The notes under the pieces are model-generated. The model had not been told where the DNA came from, made no database searches, and saw nothing but the letters and a program-made list of their open reading frames with translations. A stretch of DNA of 64,000 nt from Klebsiella phage FKP3. Within the stretch, counting starts at the first letter, position 1; each line of letters begins with the position of its first letter. Below are positions 63,725 through 64,000 of the stretch, in pieces. The translations under genes and the position numbers were made by a program. The DNA lies in sequence record PP895363.1. One strand, given 5' to 3'.

Positions 63725-64000
63725 TGAGAATCATTCTCATTATTATTATCATTCAATAACTTACGACACTTTTGGTCAAAGATTGACCGTATTCCATGCC
63801 CATCACGATAAACTGACAATAAATCCTTATAAATCAATGGTTTGGCAGTAATAAACATGTGTTTACAAGGTGCCAAATTGCCACAAAAGGCGACTGATAA
63901 CGATTCTCATGACAAATCCACTGTATAAGTGAACAGTATCATGCTGCGCATAGCATCAAACGGCTCGAAAATCAAGATAATTCCTAAAAATTTCTCTTTT

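Overview
This window is dense, phage-like coding DNA and reads as part of a large virulent tailed phage genome. I could not assign a family confidently. The T4-like lysozyme, RNase H, RNA ligase plus polynucleotide kinase, NrdAB and the tRNA cluster full of HNH endonucleases point towards T4/T5-type phages, but the head module does not match either.

Layout:
- 1-9311, minus strand: head morphogenesis and packaging. Major capsid protein (partial), a decoration-like protein, a prohead protease/scaffold fusion, portal and the large terminase. There is also an overlapped spanin pair.
- 9400-15620, minus strand: a large tRNA cluster. I count about 22 canonical tRNAs and several degenerate or interrupted ones. 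One HNH endonuclease and small ORFs are interspersed, and three promoters of the form TTGACA-N18-TA(G/T)AGT point into the tRNA genes.
- 15650-19770, minus strand: a Nampt-like and a Prs-like gene pair. This is the arrangement of the NAD+ reconstitution pathway NARP1, a known phage counter-defence, with an HNH homing endonuclease inserted between the two genes.
- 19780-20020: an AT-rich divergent intergenic region.
- 20021-56237, plus strand: an early/nucleotide-metabolism block. A putative tRNA-repair set (phosphoesterase, RNA ligase, kinase), an ATP-dependent ligase, MazG, RdgC, RNase H/FEN, DnaQ-like exonuclease, HAD 5'-nucleotidase, ThyX, NrdA/NrdB, RmlC/RmlD homologues, glutaredoxin, T4-type lysozyme, PhoH, an HslV-like peptidase, N6-adenine and short C5-cytosine methyltransferase-like proteins, a small serine recombinase, a frameshifted lambda-type Ser/Thr phosphatase and a Sir2-like protein.
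- 56450-64000, minus strand: mostly small hypothetical and membrane proteins and a GT-A glycosyltransferase.

The observations I rate most worth follow-up:
- The large terminase gene is interrupted twice: a mini-intein sits in the Walker A P-loop, and a probable group I intron carrying an HNH homing endonuclease splits the gene.
- Six tandem small acidic ORFs (49359-51454) share a C-terminal tail W-x-[ST]SS-x(0-2)-C.
- Two long-variable-arm (Ser-like) tRNAs carry apparent UUC and GUU anticodons.
- The RNase H/FEN gene has no canonical start codon.

All coordinates are hand-derived from the sequence. tRNA ends are approximate (a few nt) and protein functions are inferred from motifs only.
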